In this document: positions 33,960 to 47,796 of the stretch, in pieces | How the letters are laid out: the number at the start of each line of letters is the position of its first letter | Numbering within the stretch: position 1 is the stretch's first letter | Assembly: GCF_006345805.1 (NCBI RefSeq) | Contig: NC_042998.1 | Coordinates: 186,868,001 to 186,932,000 of the forward strand | Source: Octopus sinensis | Lineage: Eukaryota | Length of the DNA stretch: 64,000 nucleotides | Reading direction: 5' to 3' | Program-made: the position numbers and the translations under genes | Notes under the pieces: generated by a model | What the model was told of the DNA's origin: nothing | Seen by the model: the letters and a program-made list of their open reading frames with translations, nothing else | The model's database searches: none

Positions 33960-35330
33960 TTCCCCAATCTCTGAAGGACTGATAACCACATCCTCTCAGG
34001 AATGTCATTGCATTACTGAAAACAAGCAGAACTCCTCCTTGAGCTCACTGACATGCAGTTCATGACAAAATATTATTTCATCCAACCAAAAACTACAAAG
34101 CTAGAGCTCTGCTTTAGAAATAACATATATCTCATCCATAATGTGAAGATGATGTCTATAATTTTCTCTGACCATAATGGAACAGACTTAACAATGCATG
34201 ATCCAAAGCAAACTGTAGATATGCATTTCACATGGAGCATTCTAACTACCTATCCAGCCTTGAGTACCTCAAGATTCACAATACAAAGTCTTCATACAGA
34301 ACTGGCTCAAAAGTTTCTCTATGCAAGACAGTCATGAAGCTGGGACAATTTGTGTCATCAGAATAATTTATATGCATGAAAGGCCAAAATTTACAAAAAG
34401 ATAATTACTAAAGACGAAAAATTCTGATAAGAAAGAATTCCACTTAAACTGGACACAAGAAACCAAGAATAAAATAAAACACTCCCACAAAAAAAAAAGA
34501 TAAAGCAGAAAGGGAAAACAAGGCTGCAGAATACATAAAATTAAATCCTAAAATTATTTATGAATTTGCAAAAGAAAATCTACTTCAGTGCACCACAAAT
34601 TAAGACCACTGTTACTAGGAAACAACTCACTGATGAAAAACATAAATGAAATACTGAATGAACGATTCAAAAGTGTTTTTGCAACACAATAGAACACACA
34701 GAAATAAATAAGCCATTTGGGTTCTTCAGTTCAGCAACTCGACATAGAAGTGGCAACTATCATTTACATCTTTATTAAAAAGGAAGATGTAATATATCAA
34801 CCATAGATGAAAATTGATTTGCAAGTATTAACCCCACCGAAAAGTTGAAAACCATAATATGATAGAGTAGGGGCTAAAAATGACAAATCTCTCTTGTAAC
34901 TTCATCTATCAACTAAGCCATAAAATGAATTATCAGAGAGCTGGGGGGGAAAAAATAATTATATTCTTAGAGGGAGCTGATTCACTAAGCAAAAATCAGC
35001 ATGGTCCCCATCAAGTAGAAGATGCTTCACGGAGCTGCTACAACATTATGACTGGGTATTGATATAACCGTTCAACCAGTCAAATGTAGATGCAGTCTAT
35101 TTCAATTTTACAAAGACATCAAACAAAGTTAATGCTGGAATGGCATGTCAAGAACGATATGATCTCAAAATCACTAGAAAATTAGGAGTGTGAGTTTTTA
35201 AAAGACATGTCTTAGGATCATTACTGTCTGAGAGATGCATTCACTTATACAGACACTCTTACTACTTATGAGATAATATGAAAATATCAGAGGCAACCAA
35301 GAGTCATGATGTCAAAAGCCTTTTTTGTTT
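33960..35330 (+). mobile_element. Heavily decayed CR1/L2-like LINE
   Basis: Remnants such as VDAVY...KV.. (DAVYLDFxKAFDKV-like) near 35085-35140; many stops. Confidence 0.4.
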
Positions 35331-36022
35331 TCTTGTTCTATTCATGATTGGAAGCAGAAGATGCATAAACATTGCTTATATAGTGATGCTAGAAGAAAAG
35401 GAAAAAAAAAAGAAAAAGAATAGAAAGAGTTGCAACAGCAGCTAAATCATGATTGTAAAATATTCAGTAAATATAATTGCTTGTTCCTCTAAATGCATTT
35501 CAAATATTTTAAAAGATTAACTTGCCAGGTCACCTCTAAGTACAAATCTTAACTGTCGCAGTTCCAGAAATGCTTACTCAATATTTTAATAAACCGTTTA
35601 TAATTTGTAATTTTATAGATCTATTTTATCTTATAAGTTATAGAGAATTAGATATAGTCATTTGGCTTGAACTCCATATAATACTATATTTTATTGATTA
35701 CAGAAGAGTAAAAGATAAATGAAATAGTAAAATGCACTGAGTAAATTTTCAGTACTATTTCTAATTTATTTAGTTAGTAATATCAAAAACTTAATTAAAC
35801 AATAAACCAACAACAAAATAAATATAATCAACACTCCAAACATGCACTCACATAAAACAAATACCACTAGTTAACAATTAAATACTGAAGCAAACAACTT
35901 TATAAGTTCTAGATTAGTACCAATAATAAGGAAAGCTCTAGTGTATTTTATCAGTAGTTGGTACATTCCAAATGGGTTTTAAAAAAAAAGCATTAATAAA
36001 TCCTATTATATAATTTGCATAC

Positions 36023-36072
36023 CTTGTGTTTTGGACAAAGCAAAGAGAAGTTTTCTTCATCAAGATAACAAC
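36023..36072 (-). CDS. RAI1/TCF20: RAI1/TCF20-like gene, 50-nt PHD exon (G-CYLDEENFSLLCPKHK)
   Basis: cttctttcag|GTTGTTAT...CACAAG|gtatgc. Phase 1 in, phase 0 out; completes the PHD (C-P-K-H). Confidence 0.93.
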
Positions 36073-36249
36073 CTGAAAGAAGATAAGAAATTATAAACAA
36101 ATGGGTGTTAAATACATTCACAGGTTTTAACACAAGCAAATCGAAAGACCGTGGAATTCAAACAAAATAAGGCCAACAGAGTTGTCTGAGATTAAAAATG
36201 GGGGGGGGGGTTCGTGTACTGTTGTGAAGGTTAGTGCCCAGTAGATATG

Positions 36250-36470
36250 TTTCTTTATTACCCACAAGGGGCTAAACATAGAGGGGACAAACGGATTAAG
36301 TCAGTTACATCGACCCCAGTGCATAACTGGTACTTAATTTATCGACCCCAAAAGGATGAAAGGCAAAGTCAACCTCGGCAGAATTTGAACTCAGAATGTA
36401 ACGGCAGACGAAATATGGCTATGCATTTCGCCCGGCATGCTAACGATTCTGCCAGCTCGCCGCCTTTAGT
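36250..36470 (-). mobile_element. SINE family A
   Basis: 19-bp TSD ttagtgcccagtagatatg. Confidence 0.9.
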
Positions 36471-36906
36471 GCCCAGTAGATATGAACGTTTTCTTGAATA
36501 TTATTGTTAAAGAAAACATTAATTGACAACTTTTTAAAAGCCTAAAACTTCTTTAAACTCTTATATAGTATCTTTTATCTTTTACTTGTGTCAGCCATTT
36601 GACTGCAGCCATGCTGGGGCACAGCCTTGAAGGTTCTTAGTGGGAACAAATCAGCAGGACCTTTTTTTTTAAAAAAAAGCCTAGTACTTACTCTATTGGT
36701 CTCTTTTGCTGAACCGTTAAATTACAGGGATGTAAACATACGAGCACTGGTTGTCAAGTGGTGGTGGAAGGGGACAAACACAAAGACACACTCACACACA
36801 CAATGTTATGTAGCCCATGGACAGTTCTGATGAAGCAGATTTTTGATCAAAGACACTCCAGCTTTTGAGTCTGAAGAACTCAGGTGTTGCTATGCTTGAT
36901 TCTTAA

Positions 36907-37126
36907 CCCCTTCATTACTGTATTTATTTTGAGATGCTCTCTATTTCTTTCAATTACTTTAAATATAACAAAGAATTTAGTAAAATAACTTAGTTATCAT
37001 TCAGCTAGTGTTAGGAACATAAATTGTGACTAAGGTTTGGTGGAAGATTGCAATTCGAAACTTATGAAAACAAGACATTTGTACTCAGAACCAGAACCAG
37101 TTTCAGCTAGGTTGGTAACAAAAGGG
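36907..37126. mobile_element. piggyBac-like MITE family 1 (220 bp)
   Basis: TTAA TSDs; TIR CCC(T/C)TTC.TTAC/GTAAC.AAAGGG; second copy at 54539-54758. Confidence 0.88.
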
Positions 37127-38208
37127 TTAAACGAGTTTTTGATTAAGCTGATGTAAGTTACGGTTCTATCATATTTTCCCCTTTAGTAAGCAAGGTACAC
37201 ACTGCTGTTATTCATACAATAGTTGGTCAAGGGACACAACTCATCGTTTCACAAATTGCAGTTATCTAATTCTCTTCTGTTTGTATTATGACTTTTCTGA
37301 TTAGAGTAAATGAATTTTCTACATTTAAGAGATTGTAGAATAACTAGATTTTATACAATTCTTGTTAAATAACACAACTCCATTCTCTGCTCTTTATATT
37401 TTATACACTCCTAATGAAAATCATTACCAAATGGATTTATTGGATTTCAACTACACAGGACTATACATTATACCCATTTTCTTCGTTTTGGTTTACTATG
37501 TTTTGGTTTACTGATCCATTTGGTTTACTATGTTTTGGTCTACTGATCCATTAAAAGAGTTTTTTTATGACAACCACCAGATTAATTAAATCCATATATT
37601 GTGCATTTTATATACACACGCACACACAGATATGATAGATTGGTAGCCACTACACACATTTTTTTCTCTCCTTGCTTCTGTGGAAGAGTGTAGGCTTGAA
37701 ATGTAAAAGACTTTTTCAATTCCCGAGCGTTATACTAATACATCTATTTGTTTTCTACACCACCTGTCTTCATCTTGTGCTTTTTTCGTGAATTCTCCCT
37801 ATATATATATATGTATGTGTGTGCGTGTGTGTGATTTCCACCTGTCAAATTCCATTTGCTGGTCAACCCAAGCTATAGTACAAGAAAATTTGCTCAAAGT
37901 CTCATACATTGGAATCCAACAAGGAATCACATGTATATGCATATGTTATATATGCATATAACAGAGCAATTATGCTTGTGTGGTTGAGATGTTCACACCA
38001 CAACCACTTGATTTATATAAACTTAATTCTCTTTTTTCCAGGACTTAAGTTTCAGACCAATCTTCTCACGTGAAGATCACGAGAGTATGAAACTCAAGCT
38101 GCTAGCAAAGAAGTCAGTTGGAACAAAATACATTTATATACATTTACTGTGGTGCAATTCACTGATACTGATTCAAGGTAAATATTGCTATGAAAATAAT
38201 AAACCTAC

Positions 38209-38302
38209 CCTTTTCTGCAGCACATATATAATGGTATTTCTGAGTGCAACCTTTATGAAGACAGCCAACCATTGCACCTCGTTCTTTGCAAATAGAGCAA
38301 AT
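38209..38302 (-). CDS. RAI1/TCF20: RAI1/TCF20-like gene, 94-nt PHD exon (ICSICKERGAMVGCLHKGCTQKYHYICAAEK-G)
   Basis: tttttcag|ATTTGC...AAGG|gtaggt. Continues the PHD Cys/His pattern in phase 0. Confidence 0.93.
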
Positions 38303-39834
38303 CTGAAAAATACATAAGAAAACCATATTATTATGTAATGAAATAATATATCAACTGAATTGTCAAATTGTTAATGTTTTGCATCAAATTCAAATATATG
38401 GACTGTACTAGCAAGATGTAGTGCCAACTTGCCTCAGTCTAAAACTTCACTACTGAAAAGGAAAAGATATCTAGGCATATTTGAACAATTAATAAAATAC
38501 TGCAAAGTGAAGAAAAATCCAACCTATTTAATTTAAATGTGTATTTGTAGTGAGTTTTTTTACAAAAACTAATTCATCACTATAATAGTAAAAATAAAAC
38601 ATCCAAAAAAGAACAAACACTTTTAAAAATAATATAATAAAACTTAATTGTGAACAAAAACACCAGAGTCCCCAAAACATTACAAACTACTCATTGAGAG
38701 CTTGGTGTTAGGAAAGGCATCCAACCATAGAAACCATACCAAACCAAACTGGAACTTGATGCAGCTGTCCAGTTTATCAGTTCCAGTCAAACCATCTGAC
38801 GATGCTAGCATGGAAAGAAGACATTATATGATGATGATGATATTAATTACTTTCCAGCCTGTGCAGGAGAAAGGTTTTCTCATCATCATCATTCTTTTTA
38901 TGCATTAGTAGGTAACTGATTCTTAATGAATGATTCAAATTGTGTTCCAGAAATACTACCATTCTAAGACTCAAAGCTTCACTAGTCCCAAGACTGAATG
39001 AAGTATTCAGTCCAAGCGCTTGTGACACTATTTTTTGTAGGACTCTAGTACTGATAGAGAGTGTGAAGCCATTTTTTATTACTTGCTATATCTATAGGGC
39101 TAAAGGCCAGAGTGTGTCTCTGATTTCCAGGCAATCAATTAAATGGTCTTTCTCTAGATGCAATCTAGGATGCAATAATAGCACCATCCCAAATGTGTGA
39201 TGAGTACTCTGTTGTGAGCCTCACTTAAGCATTTTTGGATGTCAGCAAATGTTGGGCCCTGCAAAGAGGAGCCAATCTTTGGGATGCAGTGTTACTTCAG
39301 TTAAAGATGCACTTTTCACCAAGGGAGACCCTCAATGATAGAGACATTTAACATTTGGAGGGCCCACAAGAGCTCTTGTTGAGTGCTGCTTATATCTAAG
39401 GTGAGTGTGGGGCTGACGTTTACTTGATATAAGTAGTGTATCTTTTGGGCGAGTGAAAGAGACTAGACTGACATGACCCCCCCTCAATGCCTGGTGTAAC
39501 AGTTGTTTTCATTATTGCTGTTCATATCCCCTTTATTCCTCTTTCACTCGCTGTTAATGGTGCTGGGATTTTTGTTGTGGTTGATGCTAGGGTTACTTTC
39601 TCATTCAACTTTCCACTGACACTCTCAACCTTTTTTGTTACTGGTCTTGTCAATGTTAATATCTTCGTCTCACACTGCATTATTTTTCTTGGTTTTTGTT
39701 GTTGCCAACACTAGTACTGCACTGAAAATAAAATGTTGCAACACAGCCGAGTTGCACCGCAGTATATACAGGACTATCAGAAATAACAACTACACAGTAA
39801 TTGTTATGTTTCTCAACTACATTAAAACCCTCTC

Positions 39835-40212
39835 TTACTCTTTTACTCGTTTCAGTCATTTGACTGCGGCCATGCTGGAGCACCACCTTTAGTCGAGCAA
39901 ATCGACCCCGGGACTTATTCTTTGTAAGCCCAGTACTTATTCTATTGGTCTCTTTTGCTGAACTGCTAAGTGACGGGGACGTAAACACACCAGCATCGGT
40001 TGTCAAGCAATGCTAGGAGGACAAACACAAACACACACACACATATATACGACGGGCTTCTTTCAGTTTCCGTCTACCAAATCCACTCACAAGGCATTGG
40101 TCGGCCCGGGGCTATAGCAGAAGACACTTGCCCAAGATGCCACGCAGTGGGACTGAACCCGGAACCATGTGGTTGGTTAGCAAGCTACTTACCACACAGC
40201 CACTCCTGCGCC
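39835..40212 (-). mobile_element. SINE family C, full length
   Basis: Reverse complement of the consensus. Confidence 0.9.
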
Positions 40213-41418
40213 CTCGGTCAAAATTTCATTAATTTATGATCCAGAGTCTTCATTATTTTCTGTCGGATCAAAGATGTATTTCAACAGAAACACAGTAACA
40301 AAAGGGTGAATGTTAACACTACCATGACAGTAATAGCTGTCTTCCACTGTTTCTTCCTTTTCAAATGTCAAATACTTGACATTTTTAATAAAAATGTTTG
40401 TCTGCTGACTGCAGAGGACAGGAAAAAGAATCTGTGCCAACCCTAATGAGGGGAGACAGTTTTTTAAACTCTCTTTCAAAAAAAGTCTTAATTTAATAAT
40501 AAAAATTCCAAATCTTATCAGAGAAACTTACTGAACATGACATAAGCTCACAGAACATCAATTTTTACAGAGCTGCTCAGAGATGATGATGATGACAACC
40601 ATAATTTCTTCTTTAAACTATCTACGTCATTTTCATTCACTTTTATTTATTCTGTGAGGTGTCAAAATGTTTGTCACACATCTGTGACCTGGTCATTGAC
40701 ACAATTCTACTGCAATTGTTGTAAAATAGCGTCTGGAGAGTTTTTTATAGGTCTCAGTGGAGGTTTTAGATCTCTTACATAGCAATTGTTTAACTTCTTG
40801 ATATGGGTCACAGTTAATCTTTAGGTTCAATTCTTCTATAAATTTACGTTACATTATTACCATTCTTCCTATTCATTCTTCTCATCTTTTGCTATGAAGG
40901 TTGGTTTTTTAATGTAGAGACATTACTATATATGTTTGTGTGTGTTTGTAACACACAAGAAGTTTGAAATATCTTCTTACATTACTTTTTTTATTGAAAA
41001 CAGATTCTTGCTGCATTGATGTATTTAAAAATTTAGCAAAGAAAAGCTGGGTGAAAGCAGACAATTTAGAAATGACACATATATATGCAGATATCTGCAC
41101 TCACACAAACACATTTGCATATAACCATACACTTGTATGTATAACGTGATCATGGTTGCCCAGACTATTGGATGTTATCACTGGTCACAATGCGCTTTTG
41201 CATTGTTTTAGCTTTTGAATGATGCCACCCCACCGGATAGGCGAGCAGACCAACATACCCTCTAATTAGAAGGCTAGCACATCACAGGGTTAGTGGACTG
41301 GAGGAACTTGAAATGAAGTGTTTTGCTCAAGAGTACAGCACGCCGCTCGGTTCAGGAATCAAACCCACAATCTAGCAATCATGAGTGCAATACCCTAACC
41401 AGTAAGTCATGCATCTCA

Positions 41419-41650
41419 AGGCGGCGAGATGGTTGAACCGTTAGCACGCCGGGCGAAATGCTTTGCAGTATTTCGTCTGCCACTACGTTCTGAGTTCAAA
41501 TTCCGCCGAGGTCGACTTTGCCTTTCATCCTTTCGGGGTCGATTAAATAAGTACCAGTTACGCACTGGGGTCGATATAATCAACTTAATCCGTTTGTCTG
41601 TCCTTGTTTGTCCCCTCTGTGTTTAGCCCCTTGTGGGTAGTAAAGAAATA
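41419..41650 (+). mobile_element. SINE family A, full length
   Basis: TSD taagtcatgcatct. Confidence 0.92.
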
Positions 41651-42554
41651 AGTCATGCATCTTCACACACAGACACACACATACAGTTCAAAAAACAGAA
41701 TTGAATAAAATGTTTTGCATTAAAAAATAACTAAGAAAAAAATTTTAATATTCTAAAAAAATGATTTAAAGAAATATTGAATAATATAGATTCTTTAAAA
41801 TGAAAAATATTCATTATGTACAATGAACAAATTAACAGCAAATATAATGTGCTACCATCATAATCAAAAGCATGCACATATACACACATGCAAATTTGAA
41901 AGGAAAACTTTCTAATCATGTGAGGAAACTGTGTAATAATAGGACCTACATGTTAAGAAGTTTTACTGAAGATGCTAAAAGTTTCTTTAATAAGTCTAGC
42001 TGCTGTGAGAAATAAAAATGTCCCCATTTCTGATAACAGAAATTAAACTTAATGAGACTGGATTACATTGCCATCGTTACCAATACAGGCCTTCAGTTTC
42101 TTCAGATTATGGATTTTATCATCTTCTGAAGATGTTTGAGGCATGTAGGATTAATAGAACGCAATTACATAGCAAAAGCTAATGTATTCATAGAGTGATA
42201 AAACAGATGAAAACAGCATGAATCAAGACAGTTTTCTGTCACAGAGAGAGAGATAGAGAGAGAGTGTGAGTGAGTGAGAGGCACAAAAAGAGGACCAATA
42301 CTATGAGCTAAAAAAGGAATGTGTGGATGCTAAACTCATTTCCTTAATTTGAGGATTGCATGATAAAGTAAGATATCAGATGTTTACTATGAAGCTATAC
42401 TTTCTGTATCTCAGTGATCAGAGCTTTGGCTGTAGTACAAGATGTGGCAGTATACCAACTCACAGCCCAATTGCTGCAAGAGAAAGAAAAACAATTCAAC
42501 CCTGCATTTGTAATACTATTTCCCATGGAGTTATCTTAAAAATTCAGTGTGAAG

Positions 42555-42800
42555 ACATGTGGCTTAGTGGTTAGGGTATTCAGTTCACAATCATATGGTC
42601 AAGACTTCGATGCCTGGTGGCACACTGGGCAAGACATTTTACTTCATGATGCCTCAGTCCACTCTGCTAGAAAAAATGAGTGGTATTTCAAAGGGCCAGC
42701 CTTGTCACATTCTATGTCACACCGAATCTCCCTGAGGGGGCACATGTCTGTGGAGTGCTCAGACCAACTGGAACCCTCTTTACCATAGCTGATGGAGTGC
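42555..42800 (+). mobile_element. Older SINE: tRNA head, CORE/V-like middle, family-B-like 3' part
   Basis: GTGGCTTAGTGGTTAGGG head; GGGCAAGAC...GCCTCAGTCCAC; TATTTCAAAGGGCCAGCCTTGTCAC...TGTGGAGTGCTCAG shared with family B. Confidence 0.6.
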
Positions 42801-43367
42801 CAGGTATATCAAAATTCAATATTACAGTACCAACTCTAAAAGCCAGAAAAAAGTAGCCTCAAGAAAAGAAATCATTACCATCGTGATATCATCATCAAGC
42901 ACAATGGTTGAAGAGTTTAGATACTGGACAATAAGCTAAAAAATTATTGACAGAAATTACACTATGGGTAAGCAGATAGTGCTATCAAGTTAGTCCATAG
43001 CCTTACTATCAACTCTACTTATATATTAGATGTTATATTCTACTTAGTAAAATGAAATTCTTTAAGTTTTTATTACTACAGTAGAATATGCTTCCTGTAT
43101 ATGGCAGACGTGCAGTTAGGACAATCAACAAGTAAATAATTACAAATGAATGAAGTAGGAATAACAAAATTGAAGCTTAAACTTTGAAAGAAAAGATATT
43201 TAGCACTTTAAAGGAAACCTCTCATTTGTAATATGCTTTCCTTTCACTGTAGCACCACTTACTCTTCTTAAAATGAATACAACTAGATCTAATCTTGACT
43301 CACACAAAAAGGTATTTACTTAAAGATATGAATACATGAATCTCTAATTTATAGTATGAATTCATAT

Positions 43368-43795
43368 CATCATCATCATTTTAACGTCCGCTTTCCATGC
43401 TAGCATGGGTTGGCTGATTTTGATTGAGGGCTGGCAAGCCAGATGGCTGCACCAGGCTCCTAAATCTTGATCTGGCAGAGTTTCTACAGCTAGATGTCCT
43501 TCCTAACGCCAACCACTCCGAGAGTGTAGTGGGTGCTTTTTACATGCTACCGGCACGGGGGCCAGTCAGGCGGCACTGGCGCCAGTGAAGCAATGTTGGT
43601 AACGATCATTCCCAAATGGTTCCCTTTTACGTGCCATGGGTACAGAAGCTAGTTGGCTGCTCTGGCAACGATCACGCTCGGATGGTGCTCTTGGCACCCT
43701 ACTAGCACAGGCATAAGTGCCAGTAAGGCGACACTGGTAATGATCATACTTGAATAGCTGGACTGTCAACGATCACAGTCGTATGGCGCTCATTA
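43368..43795 (-). mobile_element. RTE LINE 3' end with UTR repeats
   Basis: Same tail and alternating units as 10296-10815. Confidence 0.88.
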
Positions 43796-44004
43796 AAAAA
43801 TAAAAATTAGAATTAAATGTATTCCATTTCAAATCAATTTGTTGCTTACTCTGCCTTGTATGCAACAACTATTTTAAATTCACTCTAACCAATCTAGTAA
43901 TTTTCTTCAACTTTACCAATTACTTTTGTTGTTCTTTGTTACATTTCTGTTTTAATGTGCTGCTCCTGATATTTCAAGAGGTTACATCAATATTCTTCTA
44001 TATT

Positions 44005-44290
44005 CTGATCGTGGCCGTTGCCAGCCTCACCTGGCCTCCGTGCCGGTGGCACATAAAAAGCACCATCCAATCATGGCCGTTTGCCAGACTAGTCTGGCAC
44101 CTGTGCCGGTGGAACATAAAAAGTACCCACTACACTCATGGAGTGATTGGCGTTAGGAAGGGCATCCAGCCATAGAAACACTGCCAGATCAGACTGGGCC
44201 TGGTGCAGCCTTCTGGCTTCCCAGACCCCAGTTGAACCGTCCAACCCATGCTAGCATGGAAAGCGGACGCTAAACGATGATGATGATGAT
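44005..44290 (+). mobile_element. RTE LINE 3' end
   Basis: Tail GGAAAGCGGACGCTAAAC followed by (GAT)n. Confidence 0.88.
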
Positions 44291-45450
44291 AAAACATTTG
44301 CAACAAATCTTTTCTACAAGTGTTTATTATTATTATTATTATTTTGTTTTATTTCATATGAGCTGTTCCAAACCTCGTCCAGATATCTCAAGTTGTAAAT
44401 TTTACTGTGACTGTTACTTATGAGTAGCAATGATACATTGCTGAAAATGGAGACCAAATACAGAGAATTAAGTTTTCAATAAAAGTGGCTTGTAATATTT
44501 TCAATTTTGAAAGAGTTTAAAACACTGAGATATTCTCAGGTTGACAGAGTTTTTCTCATGATGTAGACAGTGTCCATGAGAACAATTTTTTGTAATTCTG
44601 ATACTTTGGGGTCTCTTCACTTGATCACATTGTCATTTGCTATTATCTCCAAAGCTCTGATAATCACATTTGCTATATTTTTCAGATCTCTATTTCAAGG
44701 TCTCCATGTATCTACTTAACTTTCCAAGCACTTTCACAGAAGTGTTGCCGTCAACTGGAATTGACGTATCTATGAACAAACACATTTTGTGAAAATGATT
44801 TTTCAGCTGCTCTATTAATCTGAATAGCTCAATCAGCATGAATACTAAAGTCCCAGTACAAATACTAATCCAGTTTATTTCTATTTTATTTATTTATTTT
44901 GTTCAATAATTGTTTTTATCCATCCTCAATCTTATTTGACACATTCAGCCCTTTTCAAATAAAAAAAAAGAAAAAGAAATATAAAAACAATGAATTATGT
45001 CACAAGAAAAATTTCCCACAGAACTAAGTGAAATAGTCCAATTTCACATGAATGAATATTTGTTGCTTACCTTTTCTGTCATAATATAATCAAATTTTAG
45101 GTTATAATCCCAATCTCTAGACCAGTCATATTTAGATAGTTATAGTATACATAACTTACATTGTACCACCTCTACTATGTATCTCAAGTTAATCATTCAG
45201 CATTCAGATTGCTGTCAAATGTAATGCTTATTTATTCACACTGTTTTGAATTAATCATGCATTATCTAATAAGTTCAAGATTTCAGTGATGTCATTGTTT
45301 ATTTTTAGACTGACATTATTGAAAGGCCAGATGTGGCTGGTTTCAATGTAAGACAGGTAGAATATTTGGCCTGGATATCATCGGTTTAAATGACAAAGAG
45401 TAATTCCATGCCAGTACTATGGAACTCAGTGATACACCATTCTCATCAAT

Positions 45451-45827
45451 GGATGGAAGCACTCCGTCGGTTACGACGATGAGGGTCCCGGTTGATCTGA
45501 ATCAACGGAACAGCCTGCTCGTGAAATTAACGTGTAAGTGGCTGAGCACTCCACAGACACGTGCACCCTTAACGTAGTTCTCAGGGATATTCAGCGTGAC
45601 ACAGAGAGTGACAAGGTCGGCCCCTTGAAATACAGGCACAACAGAAACAGGAAGTAAGAGTGAGAGAAAGTTGTGGTGAAAGAGTACAGCAGGGATCACC
45701 ACCATCCCCTGCTGGAGCCTCGTGGAGCTTTTTTAGGTGTTTTCGTTCAATAAACACTCACAACGCCCGGTCTGGGAATCGAAACCGCGAATCCGCTGCC
45801 CTAACCACTGGGCCATTGCGCCTCCAC
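45451..45827 (-). mobile_element. SINE family B
   Basis: 18-bp TSD tacaccattctcatcaat; small deletion in the head. Confidence 0.9.
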
Positions 45828-46213
45828 TACACCATTCTCATCAATACACACAAGCTCAAAGGAATTATTTACAGTATCAAAAATAGCATGTCACTCTTCT
45901 TTTATTGTGTAAGAAAAGTTCTTGTTTTCTGACATGACATCAAAAAATTAATTAAACAAACTGGTGTGGAAATGCTGTTAATTTTGAGTGTTATTAAGGT
46001 AACAGTAATTAGTCAATGACAGAATCATAATTTTAAACACATTTACAAATCACTACATCACAATAAACATTTAAGAGAGATAGGAGGAATGACAATTGGA
46101 TCATATGTAACATAATAACTGTGTCGATAAAAGTACCATTTGTGGATATATCCTTGAAATTATTGTTGAAAAGTTAAGATGTATATGCACATAAACATAC
46201 AACAAAGTTGATA

Positions 46214-46323
46214 GGCGCAGGAGTGGCTGTGTGGTAAGTAGCTTGCTGACCAACCACATGGTTCCGGGTTCAGTCCCACTGCGTGGCGTCTTGGGCAAGT
46301 GAAAGAAGCCTGTCGTATATATG

Positions 46324-46358
<35 letters not shown>

Positions 46359-46570
46359 ATGTTTGTGTGTCTGTGTTTGTCCCCCTAGCATTGCTTGACA
46401 ACCGATGCTGGTGTGTTTACGTCCCTGTTACTTAGCGGTTCAGCAAAAGAGACCAATAGAATAAGTACTGGGCTTACAAAGAATAAGTCCCAGGGTCGAT
46501 TTGCTCGACTAAAGGCGATGCTCCAGCATGGCCACAGTCAAATGACTGAAACAAGTAAAAGAGAGTAAAA
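46214..46570 (+). mobile_element. SINE family C with an internal deletion
   Basis: Lacks the segment between GGGCAAGTG and AAAGAAGCC. Confidence 0.88.
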
Positions 46571-46724
46571 GAGGGGTGGGATAACATTTGGATCATGTGA
46601 ACCTGAGCGGTGGAAGTATGAAATCAGTAAGCTCTGAGGAACAGGGGCCATTATGGTAGTGATGAAAAAGCCAGACAAGTAGAGACAGAAAATTTATTTA
46701 AACCTATATAAGAGTATATGTCTA

Positions 46725-46944
46725 TTCTGTTGTGTCTGGGGAGAGTCATTTTCTTTTCGTGCCTTATAATATAACACACTCACTGGTAAAATTTCCACTT
46801 ATTTCTTATTTTAATTTTCCTAAAATTTTCATTACGTCTTGCAGCCTTTTCAATTATCTTGAAGAAATAAGTGGAAATTTTACCGGTGAGTGTGTTACAT
46901 TATAAAGCACAAAAAGAAAATGACTCTCCCCAGACACAACAGAA
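46725..46944. mobile_element. Tc1/mariner-type fold-back MITE (about 90-bp arms)
   Basis: TA|TTCTGTTGTGTCTGGGGAGAG...CTCTCCCCAGACACAACAGAA|TA. Confidence 0.82.
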
Positions 46945-47796
46945 TATGCTTCAACACACGAACTCATATAAAGAATATATATAATATAATGAAATTATTG
47001 TATACAGTGCTCAGGAGAACCACAACTTGTCAGAAAGTGCATATAAAGTACATGCAGTAATGTAAAAATGTCTGGGAAGCGAACAATGTATGAGTCAGAT
47101 ACATGCCTGTGTGTGTATGGAGGGGAGAAAATCAGGTGTAGTGTTGGCGAATCTCAGGAAGCATGGAAGATTTGCAAACCAAATCCAAAAACGAAGTATA
47201 TGTCTAATTTCATTCAAAACCAGTTTTGAGGTTAAAGCTCTGATTGAAAAACATGATCCTGTCTGCATCAAAAAACTGAATGAGAACCAGCCAGGTTGGA
47301 ACTGCAATGCTCTAGTTGTTAAACCCACATTTTCATTTCGTGACTACCATTTATATCAGTACAGTTGTCTCTCTTGCATTAAATGACTAACATAGATATC
47401 TGCTTCATAACTTGCAATAAGTTACATTATTACATACCCAACAAATCTTGTTTGAAACATTTCTTTCTACATATACCAGGTCACTTTATTTACATGCAAA
47501 CATTTTACACAAGTTCAGTTTTTTTTTTCCCTATTATATATAGCTTAGACATTATGCTACTTATTGCTATTAGCTATGCTCTAATAATCAAGACACATAC
47601 GTGAATGAGTAAAAGAAAGGATGGCAAAATTCTGTTTCTAATTAAGAGTTGAGTATGCAAACTGACAAGCAGTTATTAGTATCTCCTACATAGAAGTTAA
47701 GCTGGTCAAAATTTCAACACAAGTTATTTTATCTACTACATGAAATTAATTTGAACAAAACTTAAGCACTTTCTTCCTCTTGACATTTTTATAGGA

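Noticed and set aside
36815-36900. CTGATGA and CTGAAGA motifs (other CTGATGA hits at about 6302, 21324 and 34630)
   Set aside because: No correctly placed GAAA, stem II or stem I pairing.
38042-38317. + strand exon-like segment (ttccag|...caag|gtaaat) and ORF 38087-38317
   Set aside because: No recognisable product; overlaps the true minus-strand PHD exon antisense.
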